This document shows positions 9,526-19,721 of a stretch of DNA of 64,000 nt, piece by piece. The position numbers and the translations under genes are program-made. Origin of the DNA: Candidatus Latescibacterota bacterium. Its GTDB lineage: Bacteria > Latescibacterota > UBA2968 > GCA-2709665. The notes under the pieces were generated by a model. It was not told the origin of the DNA and searched no databases. It saw only the letters and a list, made by a program, of their open reading frames with translations. Every line of letters begins with the position of its first letter. Within the stretch, counting starts at the first letter, position 1. Where the stretch lies: positions 192,001-256,000 of the forward strand of contig OZ252100.1 of assembly GCA_965248435.1 (NCBI GenBank), in the 5' to 3' direction.

Positions 9526-10455
9526 TCAACGGGCTACGAAGTTGATCTGTCCAGGTTGAAAGGTCAGCTCGGAAAATAGCGGCCCTGGCTTAGTCCCAGG
9601 CGGGGGCTGCACCGGCTGGAAAGAAACAATCGTCAGAGCGTGCAGCTCGATAGAAAATCTCCTTGTTTGTCCTCTGTCCAGGAGATGAAATGCGATCTGA
9701 CCCCGCAGCGGGACACCCATGCTGGCCTTCTTCACCAGGTCAGAAACGGCCGCTGTACCATCTTTGTCCGAGTTTAGACTCAATTGAACCGGTGAGATCT
9801 GGAGCCGACCCCCTTCGTTCCGACAGGTCACCGGGCTGGCGGCGTGGACTTGCACGTTCCCGGGCAGGCCGATGCTGTTTTCCATGATGAAATATGCCTC
9901 TTTAGCCAGAATATTTGGATCTATGCGCGGAGCAGATCCCCCACCTGAGCCTGACTTGAGGGGGATGGTGCTGGGGATGATCTGGACCGACATCGTGGCA
10001 AAAGAGCTGCTCTCGGGGTTTAACGTGGGGAAGGTAACCTGCGAGATGGCATAGTTGCTGTAGTTTTGGCGGCCCACTTCGCGCCCGGTCTTATCAAAAG
10101 TTTGGACTTCGACAGGCCTCGTACTGGGGGCTCCTCTTATCGCATCAAGAATCCAACTGGATAATGCTGGAGGCATCGATTGCGGATGAAAGCTGAAATC
10201 GATCGGCCCTCCCTGTGTTTTTCCTGTGGTGGTGACCTGGTATCTATCTCCCCCGGTGGTGCTGGTTGCCATCTGCGTGACCGGGTCAGCCACATTGAAA
10301 TGGATTACGTTTACAAGACCGCCCCCGATCAACACTGCTACTCTATGCGCTTGGGCCATGTCTGTTTTCACATCTGCAGCCTTGGCTGGTAGAGAAACAA
10401 TGAGTAAGAGCAGAACTACATGGGTTAGGACCCAAGGTAATTTATGGGCTCGCAC
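9526..10455 (-). CDS. Secreted protein with two tandem T4 gp19/Afp-tube-like domains
   Basis: GTG at 10455 with an AAGGGAGGT RBS; signal peptide MRAHKLPWVLTHVVLLLLIVSLPAKA; segment SSWILDAIRG..RPVEVQTFDKTGREVGRQNYSNYAISQVTFPTLNPESSSFATMSVQI resembles gp19-type tubes. Confidence 0.6.
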   Translation of the reverse strand: MRAHKLPWVLTHVVLLLLIVSLPAKAADVKTDMAQAHRVAVLIGGGLVNVIHFNVADPVTQMATSTTGGDRYQVTTTGKTQGGPIDFSFHPQSMPPALSSWILDAIRGAPSTRPVEVQTFDKTGREVGRQNYSNYAISQVTFPTLNPESSSFATMSVQIIPSTIPLKSGSGGGSAPRIDPNILAKEAYFIMENSIGLPGNVQVHAASPVTCRNEGGRLQISPVQLSLNSDKDGTAAVSDLVKKASMGVPLRGQIAFHLLDRGQTRRFSIELHALTIVSFQPVQPPPGTKPGPLFSELTFQPGQINFVAR

Positions 10456-10747
10456 GGCTTGTACCTCCCTTTCTAAAGGTTTCCTGCGGACTGGTGAGCG
10501 GATACAATGGACAATATAAGCACTTGGAAGAGAAAAACTCGTGACAATGGTCACCAAGATAGGGCGCAGTAATTGGTTCAACAATGAGAAAATGATTCTA
10601 CGACCCCTATGGGACCAAACATGATGTCGCGTTGGACATCGGGAGGTTTCTCGCTGAATTGCCTTGACCCCCAAACCCTTTTCGTTTATCTTCAGTATTA
10701 AGTAATTCCGTAGAATTTCCCCACACCGCATTGTGTGACAACCAGAT

Positions 10748-12169
10748 ATGAGCGATCCAATTCCCGTCGAAGGTCGCCCCATGGTGACCGAGCTGCAGAT
10801 CGGCGTCGAGGTCACAGGGGTGATTCCGCGCGGCCTCGGGGAAGAGGCTGGAATTCTCCCGGGGGATGTAATCGAGCGGATAAACGGGGAAGCGGTCCGG
10901 GATCCGATCGATTACCGGTTCCACATCGGCGAGGACCTGGTCGAACTGGAGGTTCTACGCGGGGAGGAGAGGGTTGTCTTCGACATCGAAAAGGATCCGG
11001 ATGATGATCTCGGACTGGAACTCGAAGACCTTTCGATCCTCAAGTGCAACAACAAATGTGTCTTCTGTTTTCTGCATCAAATGCCGAAGGGGATGCGCAA
11101 GACCCTCTACTATCAGGACGATGATTACCGCCTTTCTTTTGCACACGGGGCCTATGTAACGCTCACGAACCTTTCGGAAGCCGATTTTCAGAGGATCGTG
11201 GATCAGCGGTTGAGCCCTGTCTACATCTCCGTTCACGCGACCGATCCGAAATTGAGGGGAAGCCTTTTGGGGCGCGAAAAGGCGGTCGACGTGGACGTGA
11301 TGGAAAGGATTCGCTTCCTGAGCGAAAACGGGATCGAGATGCACACGCAGGTCGTCCTCTGCCCCGGACTGAACGATGACCTCCATCTGAAACGAACCGT
11401 CTTCGACCTCGCAGCCTGTTATCCAGACGTGGCGTCCCTTGGTATCGTCCCTCTGGGGTTGACGCGATTCCGAAAGAACCTTCCAGAACTCGATCCAGTC
11501 ACCCCCGAAATTGCAGATAGGACGATCGAGCAGGTAACGCCGTGGCAGTCCAGTTTGAAGAAGAAGCTCGGGCACAATTTCGTCTACCTCGGGGACGAAT
11601 TCTACCTGCAGGCCGACCGAGACATTCCGTCCGCATCCGCCTATGATGGATTTCCACTCCTGGAGAATGGGGTGGGGATGGTGCGCCGGTTCTGTGACGC
11701 CTTTGAAAGCGGAGTTGACCGCCTTCGGAGCGTCCCCGAGCCGCGACGCATCCTGCTGGTGACGAGCCGGCTTGGCGAAAGATTCGTGCGGGGGATGGTA
11801 GATCGTCTGAACGGTCTGGGATGCCTAGAGGTCGAACTCGTGGAGGTCCGGAATCGATTCTTCGGGGATGGGATCACGGTCACCGGTCTGCTGACCGGGG
11901 CGGACATGCTGGATGCGTTGAAAAGCGAATGGAAATCGCCCCAGGTTGTGGTCCTTCCTCCCAATTGCGTCAGCCACGCCGGGCTGTTTCTGGATGATCT
12001 CACACCGTCGGATCTTGCCGATGCCCTCGGGGCGGAGGTCGTGGTTGGGAGCTACGACCTCGTGCAGACGATAGAGCGGATTACCAGCGGCCGGAAAATG
12101 GAGAAGGGTGTCGGTGGTGACCCGCCGTGGGCGCATCCTTACATCTCTTCGCGCCAGATGGCATCCTGA
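10748..12169 (+). CDS. PDZ + radical SAM Fe-S oxidoreductase (DUF512 family)
   Basis: N-terminal PDZ (AGILPGDVIERING), CNNKCVFCF CxxxCxxC motif, YYQDDDYRLSF, YDGFPLLENGVG, FFGDGITVTGLLTG; upstream of der. Confidence 0.92.
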   Translation: MSDPIPVEGRPMVTELQIGVEVTGVIPRGLGEEAGILPGDVIERINGEAVRDPIDYRFHIGEDLVELEVLRGEERVVFDIEKDPDDDLGLELEDLSILKCNNKCVFCFLHQMPKGMRKTLYYQDDDYRLSFAHGAYVTLTNLSEADFQRIVDQRLSPVYISVHATDPKLRGSLLGREKAVDVDVMERIRFLSENGIEMHTQVVLCPGLNDDLHLKRTVFDLAACYPDVASLGIVPLGLTRFRKNLPELDPVTPEIADRTIEQVTPWQSSLKKKLGHNFVYLGDEFYLQADRDIPSASAYDGFPLLENGVGMVRRFCDAFESGVDRLRSVPEPRRILLVTSRLGERFVRGMVDRLNGLGCLEVELVEVRNRFFGDGITVTGLLTGADMLDALKSEWKSPQVVVLPPNCVSHAGLFLDDLTPSDLADALGAEVVVGSYDLVQTIERITSGRKMEKGVGGDPPWAHPYISSRQMAS

Positions 12170-13485
12170 TGGGCCAGAGACTACCAGTCGTCGCCATCGT
12201 CGGGCGCCCAAACGTCGGAAAGTCCACATTGTTCAACCGGTTTCTGGGTAAACGTCGGGCCGTCGTGGACGATCTGCCCGGGGTGACACGAGACCGGAAT
12301 TATGCAGAAGTCGCCTGGAACCGTCGCGTGTTCACATTAGTCGATACAGGCGGCTACGTGCCTCGTTCGGATGAACAGATCCTTGAGTCGATCGCCAGCC
12401 AGATCGAGAGGGCGATGGGCGAGGCGGACCTGATCCTGATGGTGGGGGACGCGAAGACAGGCCCGACCGATTACGATGATGAGATGGCACGCCTTGTTCG
12501 TGCTTGCGGAAAGCCCTATCTCCTGGTTGTGAACAAGGTCGATTCCGAATGGGACGAGCCTGAGGCGACGCGCTTTTACAGCCTGGGGTTGGGAGAACCG
12601 ACTCCAGTTTCGGCACTGGGCGGACGTCTCGTTGGGGACCTGATGGATCTGGCGATCGACCAGCTTCCACCAGGAGAGGAAGAGGAGGAGAAGAAGCTCT
12701 GTCCTAAGATCGCGATTGTCGGCCGGCCAAATGTGGGAAAATCAACCTTTGCGAATAAGCTCATCGGAGAGGACCGCGTCGTGGTCAGCCCGATCCCCGG
12801 AACGACTCGGGATTCGATCGACCTTCCGATGCGGCGGAACGGAAGAGACTATCTGCTGATCGATACGGCTGGACTCCGTCGCCGCACGCGGATTCGGGAG
12901 CAGGTGGAGTACTACAGTGCCTTGCGAACCGCTGAAAGCCTGGAGCGAAGCGATGTCGTGACCGTCCTGGTGGATGCCGTTGAGGGGTGTACGACTCAGG
13001 ACATGAAGATCCTGAATCAGGCCGTGGATCTTGGAAAAGGGGCGGTCCTGGTCGTGAACAAGTGGGACCTCGTGGAAAAAGACCACAATACCTCTGCGGA
13101 GTACACCCGTGAGGTACAGAAACGGTTTCCCTCGCTGCGGGCATATCCGATCCTGTTCACCTCCGCCCTCACCGGACAGCGAACCTGGCGGGCCATCGAC
13201 TTCGCCCTCGCTGTCTACGACCGCCGCGCTTCAAGAATCCCGACATCTGAGATCAACCGGTTCCTGGTAGAGCTTAATGCGGTGTCCCCCCCGCCCTCAA
13301 AAGGGCGGCGCCTGAGCCGAATGGTCTATGCCGTGCAGCCTCGAACCGAGCCGCCGACGATCGTGTTTTTCACTTCGAGACCCGACGACGTACCTGAGCA
13401 CTACCGGCGATTTCTTGAGCGGAAGCTGAGAGAACGGTTCGACTTTCTGGGCACGCCGGTTCGCGTCGCGTTCAGAAAAAAGTAA
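12169..13485 (+). CDS. der: Ribosome biogenesis GTPase Der (EngA)
   Basis: Two GRPNVGKST P-loops, PGVTRD/PGTTRD, DTGG/DTAG, NKVD/NKWD, C-terminal KH-like domain. Confidence 0.97.
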   Translation: MGQRLPVVAIVGRPNVGKSTLFNRFLGKRRAVVDDLPGVTRDRNYAEVAWNRRVFTLVDTGGYVPRSDEQILESIASQIERAMGEADLILMVGDAKTGPTDYDDEMARLVRACGKPYLLVVNKVDSEWDEPEATRFYSLGLGEPTPVSALGGRLVGDLMDLAIDQLPPGEEEEEKKLCPKIAIVGRPNVGKSTFANKLIGEDRVVVSPIPGTTRDSIDLPMRRNGRDYLLIDTAGLRRRTRIREQVEYYSALRTAESLERSDVVTVLVDAVEGCTTQDMKILNQAVDLGKGAVLVVNKWDLVEKDHNTSAEYTREVQKRFPSLRAYPILFTSALTGQRTWRAIDFALAVYDRRASRIPTSEINRFLVELNAVSPPPSKGRRLSRMVYAVQPRTEPPTIVFFTSRPDDVPEHYRRFLERKLRERFDFLGTPVRVAFRKK

Positions 13486-13532
13486 TTAGAAGCATCTCGC
13501 GATTCCTTCGAACCCAAAACTGATCAAGAGCC

Positions 13533-13907
13533 ATGAAAGAGACCGACGGAACCAAACTCTATTACTCGATCCGCGAAGTTTCCGAACTGACACGGGTGCA
13601 GCCTCACGTGCTCCGATTCTGGGAAAAGGAGTTCTCGATGCTTCGGCCAAAGCGGGGACGATCCGGGAATCGGTCTTACAGGGCGCGGGACGTGAAGGTC
13701 GTCCTGGCCATCCAGGACTTGCTTTACAACCAGAAATACACGATCAAAGGCGCCGTAGAGCGCCTCAAGACAGATCGCTCGCTTTGGGAAGACCGCGAGT
13801 TGGAGGCGGCGCCCCCGTCGACCGAGGGCTCGGAGAGGGATGAGGTGTTGGTGGACATCAGACAGATGCTTATGGATCTCAAGAACTTGATTAATGGCGA
13901 TAAATGA
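13533..13907 (+). CDS. MerR family transcriptional regulator
   Basis: KLYYSIREVSELTRVQPHVLRFWEKEF..P.RGRSGNRSY. Confidence 0.9.
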   Translation: MKETDGTKLYYSIREVSELTRVQPHVLRFWEKEFSMLRPKRGRSGNRSYRARDVKVVLAIQDLLYNQKYTIKGAVERLKTDRSLWEDRELEAAPPSTEGSERDEVLVDIRQMLMDLKNLINGDK

Positions 13908-13929
13908 AGGAGATACGCGGCATTTCTGC

Positions 13930-13998
13930 TTGCGCGAACTTTCCAAATGTCCTATATTTTTAAACTCCCCTCGAGAGTGGGCCATGCCCACTCTTTTG
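13930..13998 (+). promoter_or_regulatory. Promoter plus rimP-leader hairpin
   Basis: TTGCGC-N17-TATATT (13930-13958), then GAGAGTGGGC-CAT-GCCCACTCTTTT (13973-13997), matching the AGUGGG..CCCACU leader typical upstream of rimP operons. Confidence 0.7.
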
Positions 13999-14046
13999 AG
14001 TAGGGGGCAGTTTTTACCCCTCTAAACCATTTTATCCTGAAATCAG

Positions 14047-15069
14047 TTGATAACGAAGCCATTTTTAGATTCTTCATCGGTCGTCGAAGACGGCGCTGAA
14101 CTGGGCAGACGCGTCGAGCGTGACGGGTATCTCTACCTCCGGGGGCTCATTCCACCACAGGTCCTGGAAAACCTCAGGATTCAGATCCTTCGTATCGCCA
14201 GGGAGGCGGGCTGGATCCAACGAGGTACGTCGCTAGAGCAGGGCATCGCCAATCTCGACAGCTTTTGCGTCGAGCCCCAACCGGAATACTTTGAGGTCTA
14301 TCACCGCTTCTACAGGCTGCCTGATTTTCACGCCATGCAGCACCATCCGAATCTCATCGGCCTGTTCGAGCGGTTCCTTGGTGAGGAGGTCCTTCCGCAC
14401 CCACGAATCATCGGAAGGATCATCTTTCCTCAGCGGGAGGCATTTACAACGCCGGCCCATCAGGATTTTATTCCGATCCAGGGTACGCCCGATACCTACA
14501 CGGCCTGGTTTCCCCTGAGCGACCTGCCGCCCGAGATGGGTGGCCTCCAGATTTCGTCCGGGTCGCACAGAAAGGGCGTCTACGATTTCCGGCCGGCGCT
14601 CGGCGCGGGCGGTATGGAGGTGACGGACAACCTCGAGGGAACGTGGGTCTACAACCCCTTCCAACAGGGGGATGTCCTGATCTTTCACAGCATGGCCGTT
14701 CACAAGGGTGTGGCGTGCACATCCGACAAGCTCAGGCTTTCAATAGATGCCCGGTTCCAGAAGGCGAGCGAGCCGGTTTCTCCGGGTACGCTAGAACCGC
14801 ACGGGGGGATTCCCTGGGCGGAGGTCTACGAAGGCTGGTCCACGGACGACCTCAAGTATTACTGGAAGAAGTGGAATCTGGAGGTCGAACCCTACGACCG
14901 GCAGTACTTCGAAAAACGGGATCGACTGGCATTCGAAATGGCCGAATCGGGGGACGAGCTGGCACGTTCGACGCTCCAGCGGATCATCGCTCGCGATCCT
15001 GACGCCGCCAAGAGGGAGAAGGCGGAGGACCTTCTGGAGAAGCTGGATGCTTTTGAGCGAGTCTCTTGA
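14047..15069 (+). CDS. Phytanoyl-CoA dioxygenase (PhyH) family Fe(II)/2OG oxygenase
   Basis: ERDGYLYLRG, PAHQD (HxD), WFPL..GGLQI..GSH, GDVLIFHSMAVH, RLSIDARF. Confidence 0.88.
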   Translation: MITKPFLDSSSVVEDGAELGRRVERDGYLYLRGLIPPQVLENLRIQILRIAREAGWIQRGTSLEQGIANLDSFCVEPQPEYFEVYHRFYRLPDFHAMQHHPNLIGLFERFLGEEVLPHPRIIGRIIFPQREAFTTPAHQDFIPIQGTPDTYTAWFPLSDLPPEMGGLQISSGSHRKGVYDFRPALGAGGMEVTDNLEGTWVYNPFQQGDVLIFHSMAVHKGVACTSDKLRLSIDARFQKASEPVSPGTLEPHGGIPWAEVYEGWSTDDLKYYWKKWNLEVEPYDRQYFEKRDRLAFEMAESGDELARSTLQRIIARDPDAAKREKAEDLLEKLDAFERVS

Positions 15070-15560
15070 TGGACGTAAAGAACAGAACCGACCTCTCGCT
15101 GAATGGTCCTGTCGGGGAATCTGATCTTCAAGAATACCTTGAACGCCTGACGAGCCAACACCTGGAGGAAAACGGGACGGAGCTTGTAGAGCTCCAGCTG
15201 GCCGGAAACCGTAGTCGGAGAATGATCCGCATTTACGTGGATCGACCAGGCGGGATCTCGATCGACCAGTGCGCGAAGCTGAGCCGCGGCATTGCGGACC
15301 TTCTGGATACCCACGAACCCGTCTATGGGACCTACACACTGGAGGTCTCATCCCCTGGCCTGAATCGTCCGATCAAGTCCGACAGTGACTACAAACGGGC
15401 TGTTCAGAACCAGGTTCGTCTGGTTGTTCAGGGTCGAGGCGAGTGCATTGGAACCCTGATGTCCTTCAGCGAGAAAGAATTACTGGTCAAGGTCAACGGA
15501 GAAGTCCAAAACATCTCCCGTGAGCATGTGGCTAAAGCGAATCTCCATTTTGAGATTTAG
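15069..15560 (+). CDS. rimP: Ribosome maturation factor RimP
   Basis: IRIYVDRPGGISIDQCAKLSR, YTLEVSSPGLNRP; TGATG overlap with the upstream gene. Confidence 0.95.
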   Translation: MDVKNRTDLSLNGPVGESDLQEYLERLTSQHLEENGTELVELQLAGNRSRRMIRIYVDRPGGISIDQCAKLSRGIADLLDTHEPVYGTYTLEVSSPGLNRPIKSDSDYKRAVQNQVRLVVQGRGECIGTLMSFSEKELLVKVNGEVQNISREHVAKANLHFEI

Positions 15561-15587
15561 GCATAGAAGTTCAGGAGGGTGATTTCA

Positions 15588-17327
15588 TTGAATTACGAAG
15601 TGCTTGAAGCCCTGGGTCAGATCGCGCAGGAAAAGAGCGTCAAGAAAGAGCTCGTCATCGAGACCTTGGAGATCGGGCTGCTGTCGGCGGCGAAGAAGCG
15701 CTACGGCACATCCGACAACATCGAGGTCAAGATCGACGAGGCTTCGGGCGGCATCTCCCTTGTTGCGACAAAGCAGGTCGTGGATGACGACGCGCTGGAG
15801 GATCCCGGCCTGGAGATCGGTCTTTCAGCGGCCAAGGAGATCGACTCCAAAGCCAAAGTCGGGGAAACAGTGACGGAAGAGCTGAATTTCGCAGACTTCG
15901 GGAGAAATGCGATTCAGACGGCCAAGCAGATTCTCATTCAGCGGGTCAGAGAGGCCGAGCGGGAGAGAATATTCGAGGATTACCAAGGCCGAATCGGTGA
16001 AATCGTCAGTGGGACCGTCCAGCAGATCAGTCGAGGGGATATCCTGGTCAACCTTGGGCGAACAGAGGCAGTGATTCCGCTCAAAGAGCAAATCCGCAAG
16101 GAGAGATATCGCCAGGGAGATCCCATTCGTGCGTACATCGTCAACGTGCTGCGGACCTCAAAGGGGCCGCAGGTGCTGCTTTCACGTACGCACCCCAGCT
16201 TCCTGATGCGGCTCTTCCAGTTCGAAGTCCCGGAGATCTACGAGGGGATCATCGAGGTCAAGGGTGTGGCGCGCGAGCCTGGAGAAAGGGCAAAAATCGC
16301 AGTCTTTTCTCACGATGCGCGCATCGATCCTGTCGGAGCGTGTGTCGGCATGAAGGGCTCACGCGTTCAGGCCGTAGTGCGGGAACTCAGCAACGAACGG
16401 ATCGACATCGTCCCCTGGAGCGAAGACGCGGCCATCTTCCTTTCCCGATCCCTCGGCCCGGCCGTCGTCAAGCGCGTGGTCGTGGAGAGGATCGACAAGC
16501 GGATGACGGCAGTCGTGGAAGATGATCAGCTTTCACTCGCGATCGGGAAATCAGGACAGAACGCGCGTCTGGCCTCACAACTTACAAGCTGGAAAGTAGA
16601 CATCATCACGGAGACGCGATTTGACGAGATGCAGACCGAGAAGTCGGAGACCTTCATTTCTCTGGCCAGCGTGCCTGGCATCGGCAAAGTGATGCGTGAG
16701 CATCTGGAGACGGCAGGTATCGCCTCGGCGAACGAGGTTGCAGGTTCCTCCCTCTCGCGTCTTATGGATGTCCCTGGGATCGGGGAGGCCACTGCCGAGA
16801 AGATCAAGGTCGCAGCCGATGAGCTTGTCTCTGTGAAGGTGTCCGAATACCGAGAGGAGCTCGAAAAACGGAAGGCTGCCGAGGAAGTAGAGCGGGCCGC
16901 GAGGGAGGCGGAGGAAGCAGAACGCGCAGCAAAGGAGGCGGAGGAAGCGGCCAAGGAGGCGGAAGAAGCAGCCAAGGAGGCGGAAGAAGCAGCCAAGGCG
17001 GCCGCGGAGGCCGAAGGGGCAGCTGTGGAAGATGAGGCGAGCGATGGTGAGGCGGGGGATGCCGCAGAAGCGGATGGTGAGGCGGAGGACGGGGGTCCTG
17101 AAGCCGCCGCCGAGACAGAGCGGGGCGAAGATGCTGGGGAAGGTCCAGGTCTTGAAGAAGGAACAGAAGGGGAAGAAGCCGTTTCCGATCTAGGGGACGA
17201 TGCGCTTGATGCAGGTGAACAGGAACCCGATGCCGTAGCGGAAGTCGCGTCCGCTGCGGAGGAGTCCGAAGGAGGGGAGGAAGGTCTTGGCGGAAGAGAC
17301 GAAGCGGTCCGCAGCGAAGAAGAGTAA
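15588..17327 (+). CDS. nusA: Transcription factor NusA with a long acidic C-terminal extension
   Basis: FGRNAIQTAKQ, S1 and KH domains (AREPGERAKIAV, DPVGACVGMKGSRV, AIGKSGQNARLA), HhH repeats; likely TTG start after AGGAGG. Confidence 0.97.
   Translation: MNYEVLEALGQIAQEKSVKKELVIETLEIGLLSAAKKRYGTSDNIEVKIDEASGGISLVATKQVVDDDALEDPGLEIGLSAAKEIDSKAKVGETVTEELNFADFGRNAIQTAKQILIQRVREAERERIFEDYQGRIGEIVSGTVQQISRGDILVNLGRTEAVIPLKEQIRKERYRQGDPIRAYIVNVLRTSKGPQVLLSRTHPSFLMRLFQFEVPEIYEGIIEVKGVAREPGERAKIAVFSHDARIDPVGACVGMKGSRVQAVVRELSNERIDIVPWSEDAAIFLSRSLGPAVVKRVVVERIDKRMTAVVEDDQLSLAIGKSGQNARLASQLTSWKVDIITETRFDEMQTEKSETFISLASVPGIGKVMREHLETAGIASANEVAGSSLSRLMDVPGIGEATAEKIKVAADELVSVKVSEYREELEKRKAAEEVERAAREAEEAERAAKEAEEAAKEAEEAAKEAEEAAKAAAEAEGAAVEDEASDGEAGDAAEADGEAEDGGPEAAAETERGEDAGEGPGLEEGTEGEEAVSDLGDDALDAGEQEPDAVAEVASAAEESEGGEEGLGGRDEAVRSEEE
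16932..16998 (+). repeat. 21-nt tandem repeat x3 encoding KEAEEAA in the NusA tail
   Basis: AAGGAGGCGGARGAAGCRGCC three times in tandem. Confidence 0.85.
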
Positions 17328-19719
17328 GGCGAAGAAGGCAAAAAAGGCCGAAGCTGCATCGACCGCCGACAAGAAGAAGCGGATCTACGAGGTCGCGAGA
17401 GAGTTCAACCTCTCAAGTGTTGCGATGGTTGAAGTGATTCGAGGGCTGGGGTATGATGCCAAGAACCACATGGCCGTCTGCACCGCAGAGATGCTCGAGA
17501 GCATCCAGAAGAAGTTTGAAGAGGAGCGGAAGGCCTCGAGGCAGGAAATCAAGCGCAAGGACACCCAACAGCGAGAACGAGAAGAAAAGGAACAAGAGGT
17601 CGCTGCCCAAAAGAGGACTGCCCGGGCGAAGAAGGAACCTGCATCTGTGGAGACCAAGCAGGATAAGCAGGACCGTCCTCGTCGCAGGCGTCCGAGCAGG
17701 TCCCAGGAAAACATCCCGAGAATCGAGGACGCTTCCGGGAGGGTGATCACGCCGACGACCTCTACAGCCCGGCCAACCACATCTTTTGTCGGCTCTATGC
17801 ACCGCGGCGGAGGTAAGAAACGGAGACGGCGTCGAGGTCGGCCGACTGTGGATCAGCGAGAAGTCGAGGAGTCTGTCCGTCGGACGATGGCCGAGATGGA
17901 GGCCGGCGCTCGCCAGAGGAGGAGGCGAAGACGAGAAGATGGAGCCACGGAAGAGGAGATCCAAGAGAGCCTGATCAAAATCAATGAGTTTACGACGGTT
18001 GGTGAACTCGCGGGGCTAATGGATACTCCGATTGCCGAGGTAATCAAACAGTGTCTCCAGATGGGAATGATGGTCACGATCAATCAGCGTCTGGATATGG
18101 AGACAATTACGCTCGTTGCAGACGAGTTTGGATTCGACGTTGAGGAACAGGAAGAGTTCTCGGAAGCTGTGCTTGAAGACGAGGACGAGGAAGAGGAAGG
18201 GGAACTGAGGCCCAGGCCGCCTGTTGTGACCATTATGGGTCACGTCGATCATGGCAAGACTTCACTTCTAGATTACATCCGCAGAACGAACGTGGTGGCC
18301 GGTGAAGCCGGGGGTATCACCCAGCATATCGGCGCCTATCACGTGGAGTTGGAAAATGGCCGGGTGGTAACGTTTCTGGACACCCCTGGTCACGAAGCGT
18401 TTACGGCCATGCGCGCCCGCGGGGCCCAGGTGACCGACGTGGTCGTGCTTGTCGTGGCCGCAGATGACAGCGTGATGCCCCAGACGCTCGAGGCCATCGA
18501 CCACGCGCGTGCTGCGGAAGTACCCATCGCCCTGGCGATCAATAAGATCGATTTGCCGGCCGCGAATCCAGACCGGATCAAACGTCAGCTGATGGAGAAC
18601 AATATCGTCGTGGAGGACTTTGGCGGCAAAGTGCAGTGTTGCCAAGTCTCTGCTTCAACGGGTGAACACGTGAACGAACTTCTGGATCTACTGGCTCTGG
18701 AAACCGACCTCCTTGAACTGAAGGCAAACCCGGAAGCGCGCGCCAAGGGAACTATCGTCGAAGCCCGTCTGGATCGAGGCCGCGGAAACGTGGCCACCGT
18801 GCTTGTTCAATCCGGGACCCTTCGCATTGGTGACCCGTTTGTGACCGGGTTGCATAGCGGACGCGTTCGGGCCTTGCTGGATGAGAGAAGCAATCCCGTC
18901 GAGGCCGCGGGGCCCTCGGTACCCGTACAGGTCCTGGGGCTGGATGGGCTGCCGCAGGCAGGGGACTCGTTCCACGTCGCACAGAACGAGCGTCAGGCGC
19001 GGGAGTTGAGTCAAAGACGGCAGCAGCTCCGACGCGAACAGGACTTCCATCGAGGCAAGCGTACCAGCCTTGTCGACATCCGTGATCAGATCCAGGCAGG
19101 CAAAATTCAAGAACTCAGATTGATCTTGAAGGCAGATGTGGATGGTTCAGTCGAAGCCCTGCACGATGCACTTTCTCAGATCGCCAGCGAAGAGGTCCGA
19201 CTCAACGTCATCCACCGCGGCGTCGGGGCGATCTCTGAATCTGATGTCCTTCTGGCTTCGGCTTCGGACGCGGTCATCATTGGATTCAACATCAGGCCGG
19301 ACGCTCGCGGCCGGGAAGTTGCCGCACAAGAACGGGTGGACATATGGCTTTATCGAGTGATCTACGAAGCCGTAGAGGACATCAAGGCTGCGCTCTCCGG
19401 GCTTCTGGCACCGAAAGTTGACGAACAGATTTTGGGTTCGGTCGCGATTCGTGAAACGTTTCAGGTATCTCGGTTCGGTACGATAGCAGGATGTTATGTG
19501 GAAAACGGAACCATCGGGCGAGAGTCACTCGTGCGTGTCCTCCGGGATAGTGTCGTGATCTTCGAAGGCCAGCTCGCATCCCTCAAGCGGTTTAAGGATG
19601 ACGTTCGTGAAGTGCAATCTGGCTTTGAGTGTGGCATGCGGGTGGAGAATTTCAATGACATCAAGATCGGTGATACGATCGAAGCTTATGAAATGGTCGA
19701 AACTGCGCGAAGCTTGTAG
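17287..19719 (+). CDS. infB: Translation initiation factor IF-2
   Basis: [56 protein letters not shown]. Confidence 0.98.
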   Translation: MAEETKRSAAKKSKAKKAKKAEAASTADKKKRIYEVAREFNLSSVAMVEVIRGLGYDAKNHMAVCTAEMLESIQKKFEEERKASRQEIKRKDTQQREREEKEQEVAAQKRTARAKKEPASVETKQDKQDRPRRRRPSRSQENIPRIEDASGRVITPTTSTARPTTSFVGSMHRGGGKKRRRRRGRPTVDQREVEESVRRTMAEMEAGARQRRRRRREDGATEEEIQESLIKINEFTTVGELAGLMDTPIAEVIKQCLQMGMMVTINQRLDMETITLVADEFGFDVEEQEEFSEAVLEDEDEEEEGELRPRPPVVTIMGHVDHGKTSLLDYIRRTNVVAGEAGGITQHIGAYHVELENGRVVTFLDTPGHEAFTAMRARGAQVTDVVVLVVAADDSVMPQTLEAIDHARAAEVPIALAINKIDLPAANPDRIKRQLMENNIVVEDFGGKVQCCQVSASTGEHVNELLDLLALETDLLELKANPEARAKGTIVEARLDRGRGNVATVLVQSGTLRIGDPFVTGLHSGRVRALLDERSNPVEAAGPSVPVQVLGLDGLPQAGDSFHVAQNERQARELSQRRQQLRREQDFHRGKRTSLVDIRDQIQAGKIQELRLILKADVDGSVEALHDALSQIASEEVRLNVIHRGVGAISESDVLLASASDAVIIGFNIRPDARGREVAAQERVDIWLYRVIYEAVEDIKAALSGLLAPKVDEQILGSVAIRETFQVSRFGTIAGCYVENGTIGRESLVRVLRDSVVIFEGQLASLKRFKDDVREVQSGFECGMRVENFNDIKIGDTIEAYEMVETARSL

Positions 19720-19721
19720 GT

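Noticed and set aside
10456-10815. N-terminal extension of the 429-aa ORF
   Set aside because: It overlaps the divergent DUF512 gene and AT-rich intergenic DNA; the strong RBS and signal peptide point to GTG 10455.
16526-17359. 277-aa Ser/Ala-rich minus ORF
   Set aside because: Antisense mirror of the low-complexity NusA tail.
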